A stretch of 42,671 bases of DNA from a virus (taxonomy: Duplodnaviria; Heunggongvirae; Uroviricota; Caudoviricetes), in the IMG/VR virus record IMGVR_UViG_2529293144_000007. One strand, given 5' to 3'. The notes beneath the pieces are model-generated. The model saw only the letters and a program-made list of their open reading frames with translations. It was not told the DNA's origin and made no database searches. This document shows, in pieces, positions 13,661 through 23,256 of this stretch (within the stretch, counting starts at the first letter, position 1; the number at the start of each line of letters is the position of its first letter). The position numbers and the translations under genes are program-made.

Positions 13661-14223
13661 AATCTCAGTTGTTGTTTCAGTGCATACCCCAGCTGTTTCG
13701 GCATTTCCGCAGCAATGATGCGGTCGCGGGCATCTTCAAATGCCTGTGTCAGCGGTCCGGACAGCGGGATTTTCACCACATCAATGGGGTAACGATTTTT
13801 GCCATCAATACGCCGCATCACATGCCAGCGACCATTCGCCAGTTGCTGAATAAACGCATCCCGGAAAAGATATTTACCCACCTTCAGCACACTGCCACGG
13901 TACTGCAGTTTTCCACCACGCCGGGCCAGTCTGACCCGGGCTGTCCCCAGCTTAATGGCGGGCAGATTGCCTCGGTTAACGCGGATCCTGGCCGTCATTT
14001 TTCCTGACGGACTGGCTTTAAACACCCGGACACGCTGACGTACCAGTTTCAGGGGGATCCCTTTCACCTGGTTATCTCCCGCAACGGTATTCCCGGCAAC
14101 CTGCCGGGTGGCAACCGAGACCGCTTTCTGTGCCACACGGTTTATCGCCCATGCGCTGGCCTGTGGCACCATACGGGTATCAAGGCTGTTCAGATTGCGG
14201 ATGGCATTCTCAAGCCCCTTCAT
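13645..14223 (-). CDS. Z: tail completion protein Z
   Basis: 192 aa, same length as lambda gpZ, with shared FIQQLANGRWHVMRRIDGKNRYPIDVVKIP block. Confidence 0.85.
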   Translation of the reverse strand: MKGLENAIRNLNSLDTRMVPQASAWAINRVAQKAVSVATRQVAGNTVAGDNQVKGIPLKLVRQRVRVFKASPSGKMTARIRVNRGNLPAIKLGTARVRLARRGGKLQYRGSVLKVGKYLFRDAFIQQLANGRWHVMRRIDGKNRYPIDVVKIPLSGPLTQAFEDARDRIIAAEMPKQLGYALKQQLRLWLTR

Positions 14224-14234
14224 CCCACACCTCT

Positions 14235-14510
14235 TTACTCAATAAAGATCATTGGCTTACCGTTAAAACGTTCATGCCGTGTGACCGTCCATTGTTGTCC
14301 GTCATAAACAACGCGATCCCCGCGCCGTGGGCGGTATCCCGAAGAAAACACCACCAGAGAGACCGCAGGTCCGGACAGAGCATTCAGCTCTGCCAGTGTT
14401 TCTCCCGGGATCACAGTCATATCGACATCATTAATCGAGGCTGTCTTTCCCATCTTTCTGACCGTGATAGCATCCATACGCGCTGCCAGCCGGGAAAAGG
14501 GATCAGACAT
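14235..14510 (-). CDS. putative head-tail joining protein (FII position)
   Basis: 91-aa ORF between the head genes and Z; assignment by position and weak resemblance only. Confidence 0.5.
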   Translation of the reverse strand: MSDPFSRLAARMDAITVRKMGKTASINDVDMTVIPGETLAELNALSGPAVSLVVFSSGYRPRRGDRVVYDGQQWTVTRHERFNGKPMIFIE

Positions 14511-14826
14511 TGAGTTTTACCGGCACTTCTTCTGCACTGGTTCCGGCATCTGCCCAGACAACCCCGACCAGCGGATCAGAGCCGCTGTTAGTCAGCTGAA
14601 CTTTTCCGGACTTCAGATAAACCTTCTTACCCGTTTTCATGTCATCCGTTTTCAGCTTAGGCAGCATAAACACACCTTCGGTCATGCCGTCGCCTGTTTC
14701 ACCCTGTGGAATATCGGTCAGCGCCACCGCAAAAACATCACCCACCTGCACCAGATCTCCGCTGCTGATGGCTGCACTGGCAACAATCGCCACCGTTTTT
14801 CCTTCTTCTACAAAATTCTTTGCCAT
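14503..14826 (-). CDS. head-associated protein of unknown function (DUF2190-like, FI position)
   Basis: Start MAKNFVEEGKTVAIVASAAISSGDLVQVGD with GGAG RBS; family assignment from memory. Confidence 0.55.
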   Translation of the reverse strand: MAKNFVEEGKTVAIVASAAISSGDLVQVGDVFAVALTDIPQGETGDGMTEGVFMLPKLKTDDMKTGKKVYLKSGKVQLTNSGSDPLVGVVWADAGTSAEEVPVKLNV

Positions 14827-14869
14827 AACTGTCTCCGCACAGCCCCGTTCAGGGGCTGATTTCAGGTAC

Positions 14870-14888
14870 AAAAAAAGCCCTTACGGGC
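14870..14888 (-). terminator. intrinsic terminator just downstream of the capsid gene
   Basis: Minus-strand GCCC-GTAA-GGGC hairpin followed by TTTTTTT; a second hairpin (CAGCCCC-loop-GGGGCTG) lies at 14840..14858. Confidence 0.55.
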
Positions 14889-14912
14889 CATCAGAGTTGT
14901 TGTCTGCGACGT

Positions 14913-16871
14913 TTACGCCGTACATTTCACCAGACCGCGGTGATCAACTGGCGCGACACCGGCGTCAATACGCACTTTCGTTGTCACGCCATCCACACTG
15001 AAGCCCTCCATCTGATCAATATATGGCGTATCCACACCGTTGAGATAAGCCACTTCAATCGTATCGGAGCCTTTTGACGCAGCCAGGTAGAAGGTGGTCT
15101 GGCTGTTATCATCAAGACGAGGCTCTGCAATAACGGTCGCAAAATCTTTCACCGGGTTAATAATACCGGCGTTAATGTCAGCCCCCTTGACACTTGAGGA
15201 GCGAATGACCTGGTTAGCAACAGACTCCATCGCCGTCGGTACCAGTACGAACGCAGGACGAATATTCAGATGACGCTCCCCCTCTTTCTGAACGCGCATC
15301 AACTGGCGGGCTTTATCCAGCGATGCCACGTCCATTGCAGCGCTCTCCAGTACGTTTGCATGTTTCGCTTTATCGAACAGACTTACATTATCTGTGGAGA
15401 TTTTCGGGTTAGACGTCAGAATGGCATAAACCAGATCGGCAATAGTGGATTTCGCCGCACGGCCCAGTTTCATCGGGACATCGGTCAGCATATTCAGATC
15501 ATCATTGATAATGGCCTGACGGGTGATACTGAACAGCTCGCCATAGGTCGCCAGTGCAATAGTGGCCTGTTTATCTCCGGTGGTGACGTATTTATATTCC
15601 GCCCCTTCACGCACCTGACGCAGAGCACTGAAGCCCCCCATACCCACACGATGGGCAATTTTAAAATCAGACAACTGACCTTTCCGCGTCCACTGTTCAT
15701 AGGTTTCAGGGGCATCTTCCCAGCCCTGCAGAATGGCTTTGTTCGCAACATCCAGCAGAATATTACCGAAGTCAGACGTACTGTGTGTGAACGCCGCACC
15801 GACCATCTGCATCGGGTTATAACTGGAAACCCCAATACCCCGTTCAGTCAGTGACATACGGGCATATTCACGCAGGGTCATCCCGTTGTAGACATTATCA
15901 CGTTCGGTTTTTTCAAATCCGGCACGCGCCATCAGCGCCTGGCGGATCCCGTCCCCCACAAAATTACCGTTACCGGCATAAATATGAGCCGGGGTATTTT
16001 TATTGGATGGCGTGGACTCGCGCCCCATCTCGTTCAACAGCTTTTCGCGGGCCTGCTCCAGCGAACATTCAGGATCGGCAAGACACTGAGCCTGCAGCGA
16101 CTGATAACGCCCGCCAAACATGGCAAACAGATCATTAATACCGTTTACACGCGCTTTTTGCTCTGCCAGGACCTGCGCACGGATGCTGTTTTCATCCACC
16201 ACGGGTGCTGCTGCCTGCACTGGCGTCCGGGAGGCTGCAGGTTCATCATCCTGTACGCGTGGAGCACTGTTGCGTGGCGGAGTAATCATGTTTCGAATGG
16301 ATTCCGGCATCTTTTTAAATTCCTCTGTACGTTTTGACTGAATACATGCCATTGCCTTAACGGCTGGCGTTACCTGATCAGCAAATCCATGTGCCAGACA
16401 TTCGGCACCGGACATCCAGGTCTCATCCACCAGCATGGCAGCAATTTCATCGGTGGTTTTCCCGGTTTTCTGTGCATAAGCGGGTAACAGAACCGCCTCA
16501 ACCTTATCGAGCAGGTCGGCATAGGTGCGCATGTCCTCCGCATCACCGCCCGTAAAGCCAAATGGTTTATGAATCATCATGAAGGTGTTTTCCGGCATAA
16601 TGACCGGGTTTCCCACCATCGCAATGACCGACGCCATTGACGCCGCCACACCGTCGACATAAACGGTAATGGACGCACCATGTGTTTTCAGCGCATTAAA
16701 AATGGCGATGCCTTCAAAGACATCGCCACCCGGTGAATTAATATGGAGATTAATGTGGGTGATATCGCCCAGTGCATTCAGATCACTGATAAACTGCTTC
16801 GCTGTAACACCCCAGAAACCAATCTCGTCATAAATATAAATATCCGCGTCACTCTGGTGACCAGCCTGCAT
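14913..16871 (-). CDS. prohead protease (ClpP/S49-like) fused to major capsid protein
   Basis: N-terminal part has a ClpP-like signature (INSPGGDVFEG...MMIHKPFGF); C-terminal ~300 aa is major-capsid-like. Start set at MQAGHQ; the track ORF extends upstream into the portal overlap. Confidence 0.8.
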   Translation of the reverse strand: MQAGHQSDADIYIYDEIGFWGVTAKQFISDLNALGDITHINLHINSPGGDVFEGIAIFNALKTHGASITVYVDGVAASMASVIAMVGNPVIMPENTFMMIHKPFGFTGGDAEDMRTYADLLDKVEAVLLPAYAQKTGKTTDEIAAMLVDETWMSGAECLAHGFADQVTPAVKAMACIQSKRTEEFKKMPESIRNMITPPRNSAPRVQDDEPAASRTPVQAAAPVVDENSIRAQVLAEQKARVNGINDLFAMFGGRYQSLQAQCLADPECSLEQAREKLLNEMGRESTPSNKNTPAHIYAGNGNFVGDGIRQALMARAGFEKTERDNVYNGMTLREYARMSLTERGIGVSSYNPMQMVGAAFTHSTSDFGNILLDVANKAILQGWEDAPETYEQWTRKGQLSDFKIAHRVGMGGFSALRQVREGAEYKYVTTGDKQATIALATYGELFSITRQAIINDDLNMLTDVPMKLGRAAKSTIADLVYAILTSNPKISTDNVSLFDKAKHANVLESAAMDVASLDKARQLMRVQKEGERHLNIRPAFVLVPTAMESVANQVIRSSSVKGADINAGIINPVKDFATVIAEPRLDDNSQTTFYLAASKGSDTIEVAYLNGVDTPYIDQMEGFSVDGVTTKVRIDAGVAPVDHRGLVKCTA

Positions 16872-16884
16872 CCTGAACCAGGAA

Positions 16885-18393
16885 TTATTCTTCGGACTGG
16901 TCGTCGGTGTGCTGCGGCTCCTGTCGTTTCGTTGCGGCACTGCTGCCTCCTTTATCACTGGCCGGATCGGTATCAAATACCAGATCCAGCTTGCGGTTTT
17001 CATCAATTTCGGCCTTGCGCCGACGTTTGACATCATCCGGATTACGACCACCAGCACGTACCCAGTCTGATTCTGTCGCCGCTCCACCACGAATCTGGAT
17101 TTTCCAGGCCTCAGCCTCCTTAACAGGGTCAATCCACGGCATCACCGGTCCGGAATACACCGCGGTATACAGTGAAGAACGGTCAAGATCGCGGGGTAGC
17201 CTGATAACACCGGATGCCACAGCCTGTTTCAGCCAGGCACGATACATCGGGCGGGTGACGGCACCAATAAACCAGTCCTGCAGGATCAGGTAGCCATCAG
17301 TAGACTCAACCAGTTCCTGACGCTGGGCGCTGTAAGTGCCGTTATAGTTGCGTGCCGTACTGGAAAAACTCAGACGACTGCCCGCCGCCACGGCACGCAA
17401 CTGACCATTACGAAAAGTTTCAAGGTTAGGATTGGGACGATCCGACTTCACCATTCCGATTTCTTCGCCGGGTTTCAGATCGTCGTAAATAATGCCTGGC
17501 TGAATGGTAAGCTCGCGTTCATTCTCCTTGCTGCCATTACCATCCGGTTCATAGCTCTGCCCGTCGCCTTTCCGGATGTACATCCCCAGAGCAGCGGCGA
17601 TCCTTGCTGCAGTCAGCTCAGAATCTTCATACTCTTTCAGGGCACTGAGGCGGATCAGCACACCGGACAACAAAGACGTCCCGCGCATCTGGTGCAGACG
17701 GCGAACAAATTTAAGATGCAGCATTCGCTCTGCATCCACTTCTTTGGTTTCCATCTGCCGCCCGGATACGGGACGGCTTTTATACACCAGATATTTTTCG
17801 GGACGCCCCCAGTCATCAACAAACACGCCCTGATTCAGCCTGTTGCTCTCATCACTGGTCATGGGAATAAAGTCCGGCTCGAGCGCCTCCAGCCAGAAAT
17901 GAACACCGGCAGAAGGCGTCAGGCTGTTTATGCGCCCGGAAACCATCTGGGCAAACACCTCACCATCGCGCAGCCAGGTACGCAGCATCAGACGTTCCAG
18001 CATCGGACGGGTAAACTGCCCGGTGACTTCCGGACTGACAGACCATTCACTCCATCGGGTGCGTATCTCCGCTGCCAGATCACGGGCAATGGCCCCATTG
18101 CGTAATACCGGATGTGGCTCGACAATAATCCCGTTTTTCCCCACCACCCGTTCTTCCAGCTTGTCAAATACACCAATAACCAGATCGTGGTTGTTATCAA
18201 GGTAACGGGCCTGCTCACGTAACGACACGGCCCCGTACTGGCTTAACTGGTCGGCAGTTCGGTTTTCCCGCCGGGCTTTGTGTGTCCGCGTCGTTTTTAC
18301 GGCCTCATAAGCCTGGATCACCGCACGGGAACGCAGCCTTGCCGCTTTCCATCCTGGTGAAAAAACGCCAATCACATCATCAAGAATTGCCAT
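16885..18393 (-). CDS. portal protein (lambda gpB family)
   Basis: About 500 aa between W and the protease-capsid gene; start at MAILDDVIGVF overlapping the W stop (TGATG). Confidence 0.85.
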   Translation of the reverse strand: MAILDDVIGVFSPGWKAARLRSRAVIQAYEAVKTTRTHKARRENRTADQLSQYGAVSLREQARYLDNNHDLVIGVFDKLEERVVGKNGIIVEPHPVLRNGAIARDLAAEIRTRWSEWSVSPEVTGQFTRPMLERLMLRTWLRDGEVFAQMVSGRINSLTPSAGVHFWLEALEPDFIPMTSDESNRLNQGVFVDDWGRPEKYLVYKSRPVSGRQMETKEVDAERMLHLKFVRRLHQMRGTSLLSGVLIRLSALKEYEDSELTAARIAAALGMYIRKGDGQSYEPDGNGSKENERELTIQPGIIYDDLKPGEEIGMVKSDRPNPNLETFRNGQLRAVAAGSRLSFSSTARNYNGTYSAQRQELVESTDGYLILQDWFIGAVTRPMYRAWLKQAVASGVIRLPRDLDRSSLYTAVYSGPVMPWIDPVKEAEAWKIQIRGGAATESDWVRAGGRNPDDVKRRRKAEIDENRKLDLVFDTDPASDKGGSSAATKRQEPQHTDDQSEE

Positions 18394-18611
18394 CAGAACC
18401 TCGCCAGCCGGTACCCGGGATGCCCCCGTCGTCGTGTAATCAGAGCCGCAAGGCGGCGCTCCCACTCCTGCCGTCCCTGCCGGATCTCAGATAAGTTTTC
18501 CATGGTCATCTGCTGACCATTAAAGGTGACGGATTTTCCGTCCAGCACCGCCATTTCAGCTTCCGTATAACGCTGAATCATGGCTTCGATATCATTCTGG
18601 TTCATAACCAT
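18393..18611 (-). CDS. W: head-tail connector protein W
   Basis: 72 aa between terminase and portal; gpW-like size and position. Confidence 0.7.
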   Translation of the reverse strand: MVMNQNDIEAMIQRYTEAEMAVLDGKSVTFNGQQMTMENLSEIRQGRQEWERRLAALITRRRGHPGYRLARF

Positions 18612-20704
18612 CCTCCGGAAGTCAGCCAGGGGTTAACATCGTCAGTTACTGTTTTCTTCCGTTTTTGTTTTTTAACAGGCGTGGATACCGGTTCCGGTGA
18701 GGGTGACGGTTCGGTACTGTCCGGGACACACTCCAGCCAGGTTTCCCGGCTCGCCCACTCCGGTGCATCCGGCCAGCGGATCTTTTCGTATCCATGCAGA
18801 ATGACCAGAGCCTCGGCATACACCATTAGGTCAAAAGCTTCGTTGGCACCGCGACCCGGCTTACTCCATTTCCCGTCACTACTCCGCTCTTCATACGTCA
18901 GTTCGTCGTAAAACCAGCTCCCCAGCCAGTCAGGGAAATGCACATAGCCGGGACCTGGCGAGTCACGCCATAACGCGTTATTCACCCGGTCTTTCAGGGC
19001 ATCCGTCTGAAGAAGCCAGAGCGGCACATCACCTGCGGCCTGCGCCCGTCGGCCCGTTCGTCCGGTGTTATCAGGGAATGTACGGGTGATCAGTTTTGCG
19101 CGCCGGATGCTGTCGCCCTTAAACAGGTAAATACGTTTACCAAGGCCATCACGACGGCAACGACGCCAGAATTTATAGGCATTATCAGTGACCCCGTCTT
19201 CACCGCCGGAGTCCACCGCCATTGCCATCAGTCGCATTTGTTGAGAAGGATCGGAGGCCAGCGGCCAGCTTTTATGAAAAACATCCGTCAGCAGGACATC
19301 CCAGTCTTCCGGATAGCTGGCCGGATCAATTCGCTGGCTCTCCCCGTCGCTGTCACCGCGCAATGACTGCGTGATGTTGTAACGATCAATAATCCAGCGT
19401 TCGCCACGGCTGCCATAGCCCGTTACCTGAACCACAAAACGGCGATGACGTCCCGCCTGCACATCCACTGTCGCCACAAGGAAATTAACGCCATCCGGCA
19501 CACTGCGGGAAGGAACTGGCTCTGCCCGCTGCTCAAGCAGTTCACTTTTTCGTTGCTCCATGCTGGCACGGGGAAGATAAGGTAATCCCCAGTCGGTATT
19601 GATAACCGTCTTGAGTGTTTCTTCACTTCCGGTTGTCTCGTATTCCTGTTCTGCAGTAAGCAGTTTGTAAACGAGTTGCGAGAGTGTCTGGTAAGCAGCT
19701 GCCGGACCCTCCATCCAGAATGACGCAATACGTGAGCGTCGGGGATCACCATAACGACTGCCATCCGCATTGATGGATTCACCATCCCGCAACCAGACCC
19801 CACGTCCGTTCAGCTCACGTTTTTGTTCAGGCATAATCCGTCCTGAACAGGAAGGACACTGAATATAAGCCGCCTCACTTGCCAGCACGGGATCGGCAAT
19901 ATCACGGAAACCAGCAACCACATCGCCGCAGGGCTGAAAATACTCACCACAGTGTGGACAGGGCCAGTACCAGCGACGGCGATCGCCACGGTTATAGAGC
20001 GACAGTATCCCCGTGGTTGGTGGAGCCTCATGCGGTGAAGTCCGTCGCCATTTCACATCCTTCACATCCCTGCCGGGGGAACTCTCCACCAGCGTCATAC
20101 CACTGGACATAAATGTGGTGGTACGTTTTGAGGCAAGAGAGAAGGCATCCCCCTCGCCATCAATATCTTCCGGAAAACGGTCATAATCCGTCAGCGCCAC
20201 GCATTTATAATCTGATGAGGACATGATATTGACTGACGGCCAGCCGATTTTCAGGTAGTTGCCAGCAAGGAATGTTCTGTCATAAACGTTGTTGTCATTT
20301 TTGTTCGGACTCAGGCGACTGACCACTTCCGGGCTGACGCGAAACGTTCTGGCAAGTCGTTTTTTGGAGTGTTCGCGGGCTTTTTCCTCCGTCATCTGAA
20401 TGATCAGCATATCCGCAGGATCGCAAATCACGTTGTAAATCACCCAGCCGTCAATCAGGCCGATAGTCTTGCCGGTTCGTGCCGGACCAACAAATATCAC
20501 TGCGTCGTATTCACGCGAGGCCAGGCAGTTCATCGGCTCAATAACATACGGTGCCACCAGCGGATCCCACGGGACTGAGTTCCCTGCCCCCATGGGCACC
20601 CGCATATACTGAGCAACGGCATCAGCAACCCGCATTCGTCTCGGTGCGCGAAGGATATAACCTGAATCGGTTCGTGCTGCCTTTGCGGTTTCCTGATTCA
20701 GCAT
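18602..20704 (-). CDS. terminase large subunit (gpA family)
   Basis: 700 aa with Walker-A-like GPARTGKT and a C-terminal nuclease region. Confidence 0.9.
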   Translation of the reverse strand: MLNQETAKAARTDSGYILRAPRRMRVADAVAQYMRVPMGAGNSVPWDPLVAPYVIEPMNCLASREYDAVIFVGPARTGKTIGLIDGWVIYNVICDPADMLIIQMTEEKAREHSKKRLARTFRVSPEVVSRLSPNKNDNNVYDRTFLAGNYLKIGWPSVNIMSSSDYKCVALTDYDRFPEDIDGEGDAFSLASKRTTTFMSSGMTLVESSPGRDVKDVKWRRTSPHEAPPTTGILSLYNRGDRRRWYWPCPHCGEYFQPCGDVVAGFRDIADPVLASEAAYIQCPSCSGRIMPEQKRELNGRGVWLRDGESINADGSRYGDPRRSRIASFWMEGPAAAYQTLSQLVYKLLTAEQEYETTGSEETLKTVINTDWGLPYLPRASMEQRKSELLEQRAEPVPSRSVPDGVNFLVATVDVQAGRHRRFVVQVTGYGSRGERWIIDRYNITQSLRGDSDGESQRIDPASYPEDWDVLLTDVFHKSWPLASDPSQQMRLMAMAVDSGGEDGVTDNAYKFWRRCRRDGLGKRIYLFKGDSIRRAKLITRTFPDNTGRTGRRAQAAGDVPLWLLQTDALKDRVNNALWRDSPGPGYVHFPDWLGSWFYDELTYEERSSDGKWSKPGRGANEAFDLMVYAEALVILHGYEKIRWPDAPEWASRETWLECVPDSTEPSPSPEPVSTPVKKQKRKKTVTDDVNPWLTSGGWL

Positions 20705-21198
20705 TACTCCTCCTGCTGTAATTCCTCCTCATCATCCGCACCTGCTTCAGTCACCCGCAGGGCTATCTGATCGCGCAGATCATCAATAATGGACTGAACA
20801 CGGCTCACAGCGGCAGGCTGCAGACCGCAGTCACGTTCAAGAATATCCGGTAATGTCTCCAGCACCTGCACGACCGCTTTTGCCCAGATGGCAAACTCCC
20901 GTCTGACATCACTGGCCGGAATGAGTTGTGCCGTTTCCTGTTCGAACTTAAGACGCTCACGTTCAGACTGATACCAGGCTTTGCGCTCATGCGCGTCCAT
21001 TTCGCCTTCTGCAACCGGCGGTGGTAATGCCAGAAATGCCGACACAATATCAACCACCCGATAAAGCTTGAGGTTGCTTTCATGCCCCCCTGCAACGGGT
21101 AGATTTTGCAGCCTTGCCGCAGCAGTCTGGCGATGTACACCTGACAGTGCCGCCAGTTGACTGATATTCAGCGTCAGATTTTTTAACTCTCGATCCAT
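20704..21198 (-). CDS. terminase small subunit (Nu1-like)
   Basis: 164 aa with N-terminal HTH pattern (NISQLAALSGVHRQTAAARLQN) and acidic C-terminus, immediately upstream of the large subunit. Confidence 0.75.
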   Translation of the reverse strand: MDRELKNLTLNISQLAALSGVHRQTAAARLQNLPVAGGHESNLKLYRVVDIVSAFLALPPPVAEGEMDAHERKAWYQSERERLKFEQETAQLIPASDVRREFAIWAKAVVQVLETLPDILERDCGLQPAAVSRVQSIIDDLRDQIALRVTEAGADDEEELQQEE

Positions 21199-21558
21199 AC
21201 CCGCTCCAGAATGTTTTAAACATGCATCTTGCGAACAACTTTAGGCAAAAGGTGTTAGTGGTGAACAAAAAACAATCAAAATAGACACCATAAAAATAAA
21301 ATCACCGTAATATCAATACATTACAGTAGTGGTGATGACGAATGAAATTTCAAAAACTAGCCTTTTTCCGCGACGCTCCCGCCCCGTGGCAGGCCACCCC
21401 ACCGGGAGGACCCGTCAGCCTGACAGCTCTGACGAACGACTGATACAACGCCTTGCATGAGTGGCATCGGGATAATCCAGAAAGGCATAGCATCGTGCCC
21501 ACAAGAATCTGTGTAAGTGTCCTGTTTCTTCCACCCCCGCACAGGACTGGCGAGCATG

Positions 21559-21732
21559 AGGGACAAACCCGCGAACCATAAACGCGGTAAAAACCCGGTG
21601 TGCATCGTTTTTGATTATTCCCGCACACTCGCGCAGAAGGAGTTCCCCGTCGGGCTACGGTCTCTGTTAATACGGGAATACGGCGACGATACAGCGCATG
21701 ATGTGTCAGGCTTGAATACCTTTATCCTTTAA
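21559..21732 (+). CDS. small hypothetical protein in the cos-proximal region
   Basis: Plus-strand ORF (MRDKPANHKRGKNPVCIVFDYSRTLAQKEF...) followed about 50 nt later by a hairpin plus T-run at 21781..21806; no strong RBS. Confidence 0.3.
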   Translation, partial: RDKPANHKRGKNPVCIVFDYSRTLAQKEFPVGLRSLLIREYGDDTAHDVSGLNTFIL

Positions 21733-21816
21733 AAGGGATATCAGTTAAGTTATCCCGTGTAGGGTATAAGCCATTATCAAAGCCACTCTGTAGGAAGTGG
21801 CTTTTGTAATGGCAAT

Positions 21817-21840
21817 AAAAAGCCCCGCGAATGCGAGGCT
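21817..21840 (-). terminator. candidate terminator downstream of the lysis cassette
   Basis: Minus-strand hairpin AGCCTCGCATTCGCGGGGCT followed by TTTTT. Confidence 0.45.
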
Positions 21841-22013
21841 AAATCCTGGTATTTGTAATGACTGGCTCTTATCTCAACGCAGCCCCTTACCGCGCGCAAG
21901 ATGCTCAATATCAAGCATCAGCAATGAGATGTTTAATCTGGATTCACTCCAGAAGTGATCACCACCCTGTCTACAGAGCCAGATGTGAAGGATGATAAGT
22001 AAAATTATCGCTA

Positions 22014-22481
22014 TCATCGAAGGCATTGCGTCCTGATGTATTCCTGAAGCGTTCTCAGTGCTGTTTGGTCGCTGATGATTCCGTCCCGGATACCGAGAAC
22101 GTTTCGTCCAGCAACTGGAGAGAGTTCGACGGTGGCATCATTGCCCATGCCGGAGGCGCTGGAGGTTTCGGCTGAGGATGGCACAGGGCATTTTCCTTTG
22201 ACGAACACCCGACCACCATTATCAAGCTTGCGCCGAAGAGCATCATTTTCAGCTTTCGCATCAGCTAACTCCTTCGTGTATTTAGCATCGAGTGCATCAG
22301 CAGAACGCTGGCGCTGCTGCATGTCAGTAATGGTGGCGGTCGCCTGCTTCAGCTCACTGACTTTTTTATCTCGCTGTTCTTTGTAGGCGATGGCGTTATC
22401 ACGGTAATGATTGACCGCCCACGACAGGCAGACGATGATGCAGATAACCAGAGCGGAGATAATCGCGGTTACTCTGCTCAT
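22014..22481 (-). CDS. Rz: i-spanin Rz
   Basis: Start ATG overlaps the endolysin stop (ATGA); N-terminal TM helix ([20 protein letters not shown]) then coiled coil. Confidence 0.85.
   Translation of the reverse strand: MSRVTAIISALVICIIVCLSWAVNHYRDNAIAYKEQRDKKVSELKQATATITDMQQRQRSADALDAKYTKELADAKAENDALRRKLDNGGRVFVKGKCPVPSSAETSSASGMGNDATVELSPVAGRNVLGIRDGIISDQTALRTLQEYIRTQCLR
22055..22261 (-). CDS. Rz1: o-spanin Rz1, embedded in Rz in the +1 frame
   Basis: Lipobox LIMVVGC and proline-rich mature region, fully nested in Rz. Confidence 0.75.
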   Translation of the reverse strand: MRKLKMMLFGASLIMVVGCSSKENALCHPQPKPPAPPAWAMMPPSNSLQLLDETFSVSGTESSATKQH

Positions 22482-22975
22482 TGTTGCCCCCACAAACAGA
22501 CTTCACGCTCAATCTCACGACGAGTCATCAGGCCTTTCCATTGCTTACCGCCAGCGTATGTCCAGCGACGTAGCTGGTCACATGCGCCTTTGATATCGCC
22601 CTGGTTTATTTTGCGAAGAAGCGTCGATGTTCTGAAATTGCCAGCACCCACGTTGTAGACGAACGAGTAAAGTGCGCCGCGCGTTGTTTCCGGTATATCG
22701 ACTTTGATGTACGGGTTAATTTGTCTGGCGACCGTGGCAAGGTCTTTATTCAGGAGGGCTTTGCATTCTGCTTCGGTATACGTTTTACCGAGCATGATGT
22801 CTTTTCCGGTGTGTCCGTGACATACAGTCCATACGCCAACGATATCTTTGTATGGTATGTAGCTGACACCTTCCAGGCCATCGTCACCACTTGGGCCAGT
22901 GATTAACACTGATGCTATAGCAATTGCTCCGCCACCAATAGCAGCAGCAACTGCTTTTCGTAATGATGGAGGCAT
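22478..22975 (-). CDS. SAR endolysin (lysozyme, phage 21 R-type)
   Basis: 165 aa with N-terminal Gly/Ala-rich SAR segment ([20 protein letters not shown]) and lysozyme core. Confidence 0.85.
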   Translation of the reverse strand: MPPSLRKAVAAAIGGGAIAIASVLITGPSGDDGLEGVSYIPYKDIVGVWTVCHGHTGKDIMLGKTYTEAECKALLNKDLATVARQINPYIKVDIPETTRGALYSFVYNVGAGNFRTSTLLRKINQGDIKGACDQLRRWTYAGGKQWKGLMTRREIEREVCLWGQQ

Positions 22976-23190
22976 TATTCACCTCTCGCAGCCTTGCGCT
23001 TATCTTCTTTAATCTTGAAATAAAGGTTTGTCAGGTACGTCAGCAGGCCAAATACCAGGCTACCCAGCACACCTATTGCTGCCCACTGTGAGGGCGTGAC
23101 TTTATCGAGCAGCTGTAAAAACCAGTAACCGGCACTACCTGCTGAGGTGCCATAGGCGACACCCGTTGTTAACTTATCCATGGATTTCAT
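22975..23190 (-). CDS. pinholin (phage 21 S21-type holin)
   Basis: 71 aa, two TM segments; near-identical in pattern to S21 as recalled (MKSMDK...[15 protein letters not shown]). Confidence 0.85.
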
Positions 23191-23256
23191 AACCCCACCT
23201 CGCAGATGCGGGTGCTGTGTAATGGAAATAAAAAGGCCACCTGCGTGGCCACCAGA

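Noticed and set aside
15270-16341. Plus-strand ORFs of 95..194 aa
   Set aside because: Antisense within the protease-capsid gene; no RBS and no coherent protein features.
21350-21628. 92-aa and 82-aa minus-strand ORFs rich in Cys/Gly/Arg
   Set aside because: Overlapping alternative frames in the GC-rich cos-proximal region, without RBS or recognisable features.
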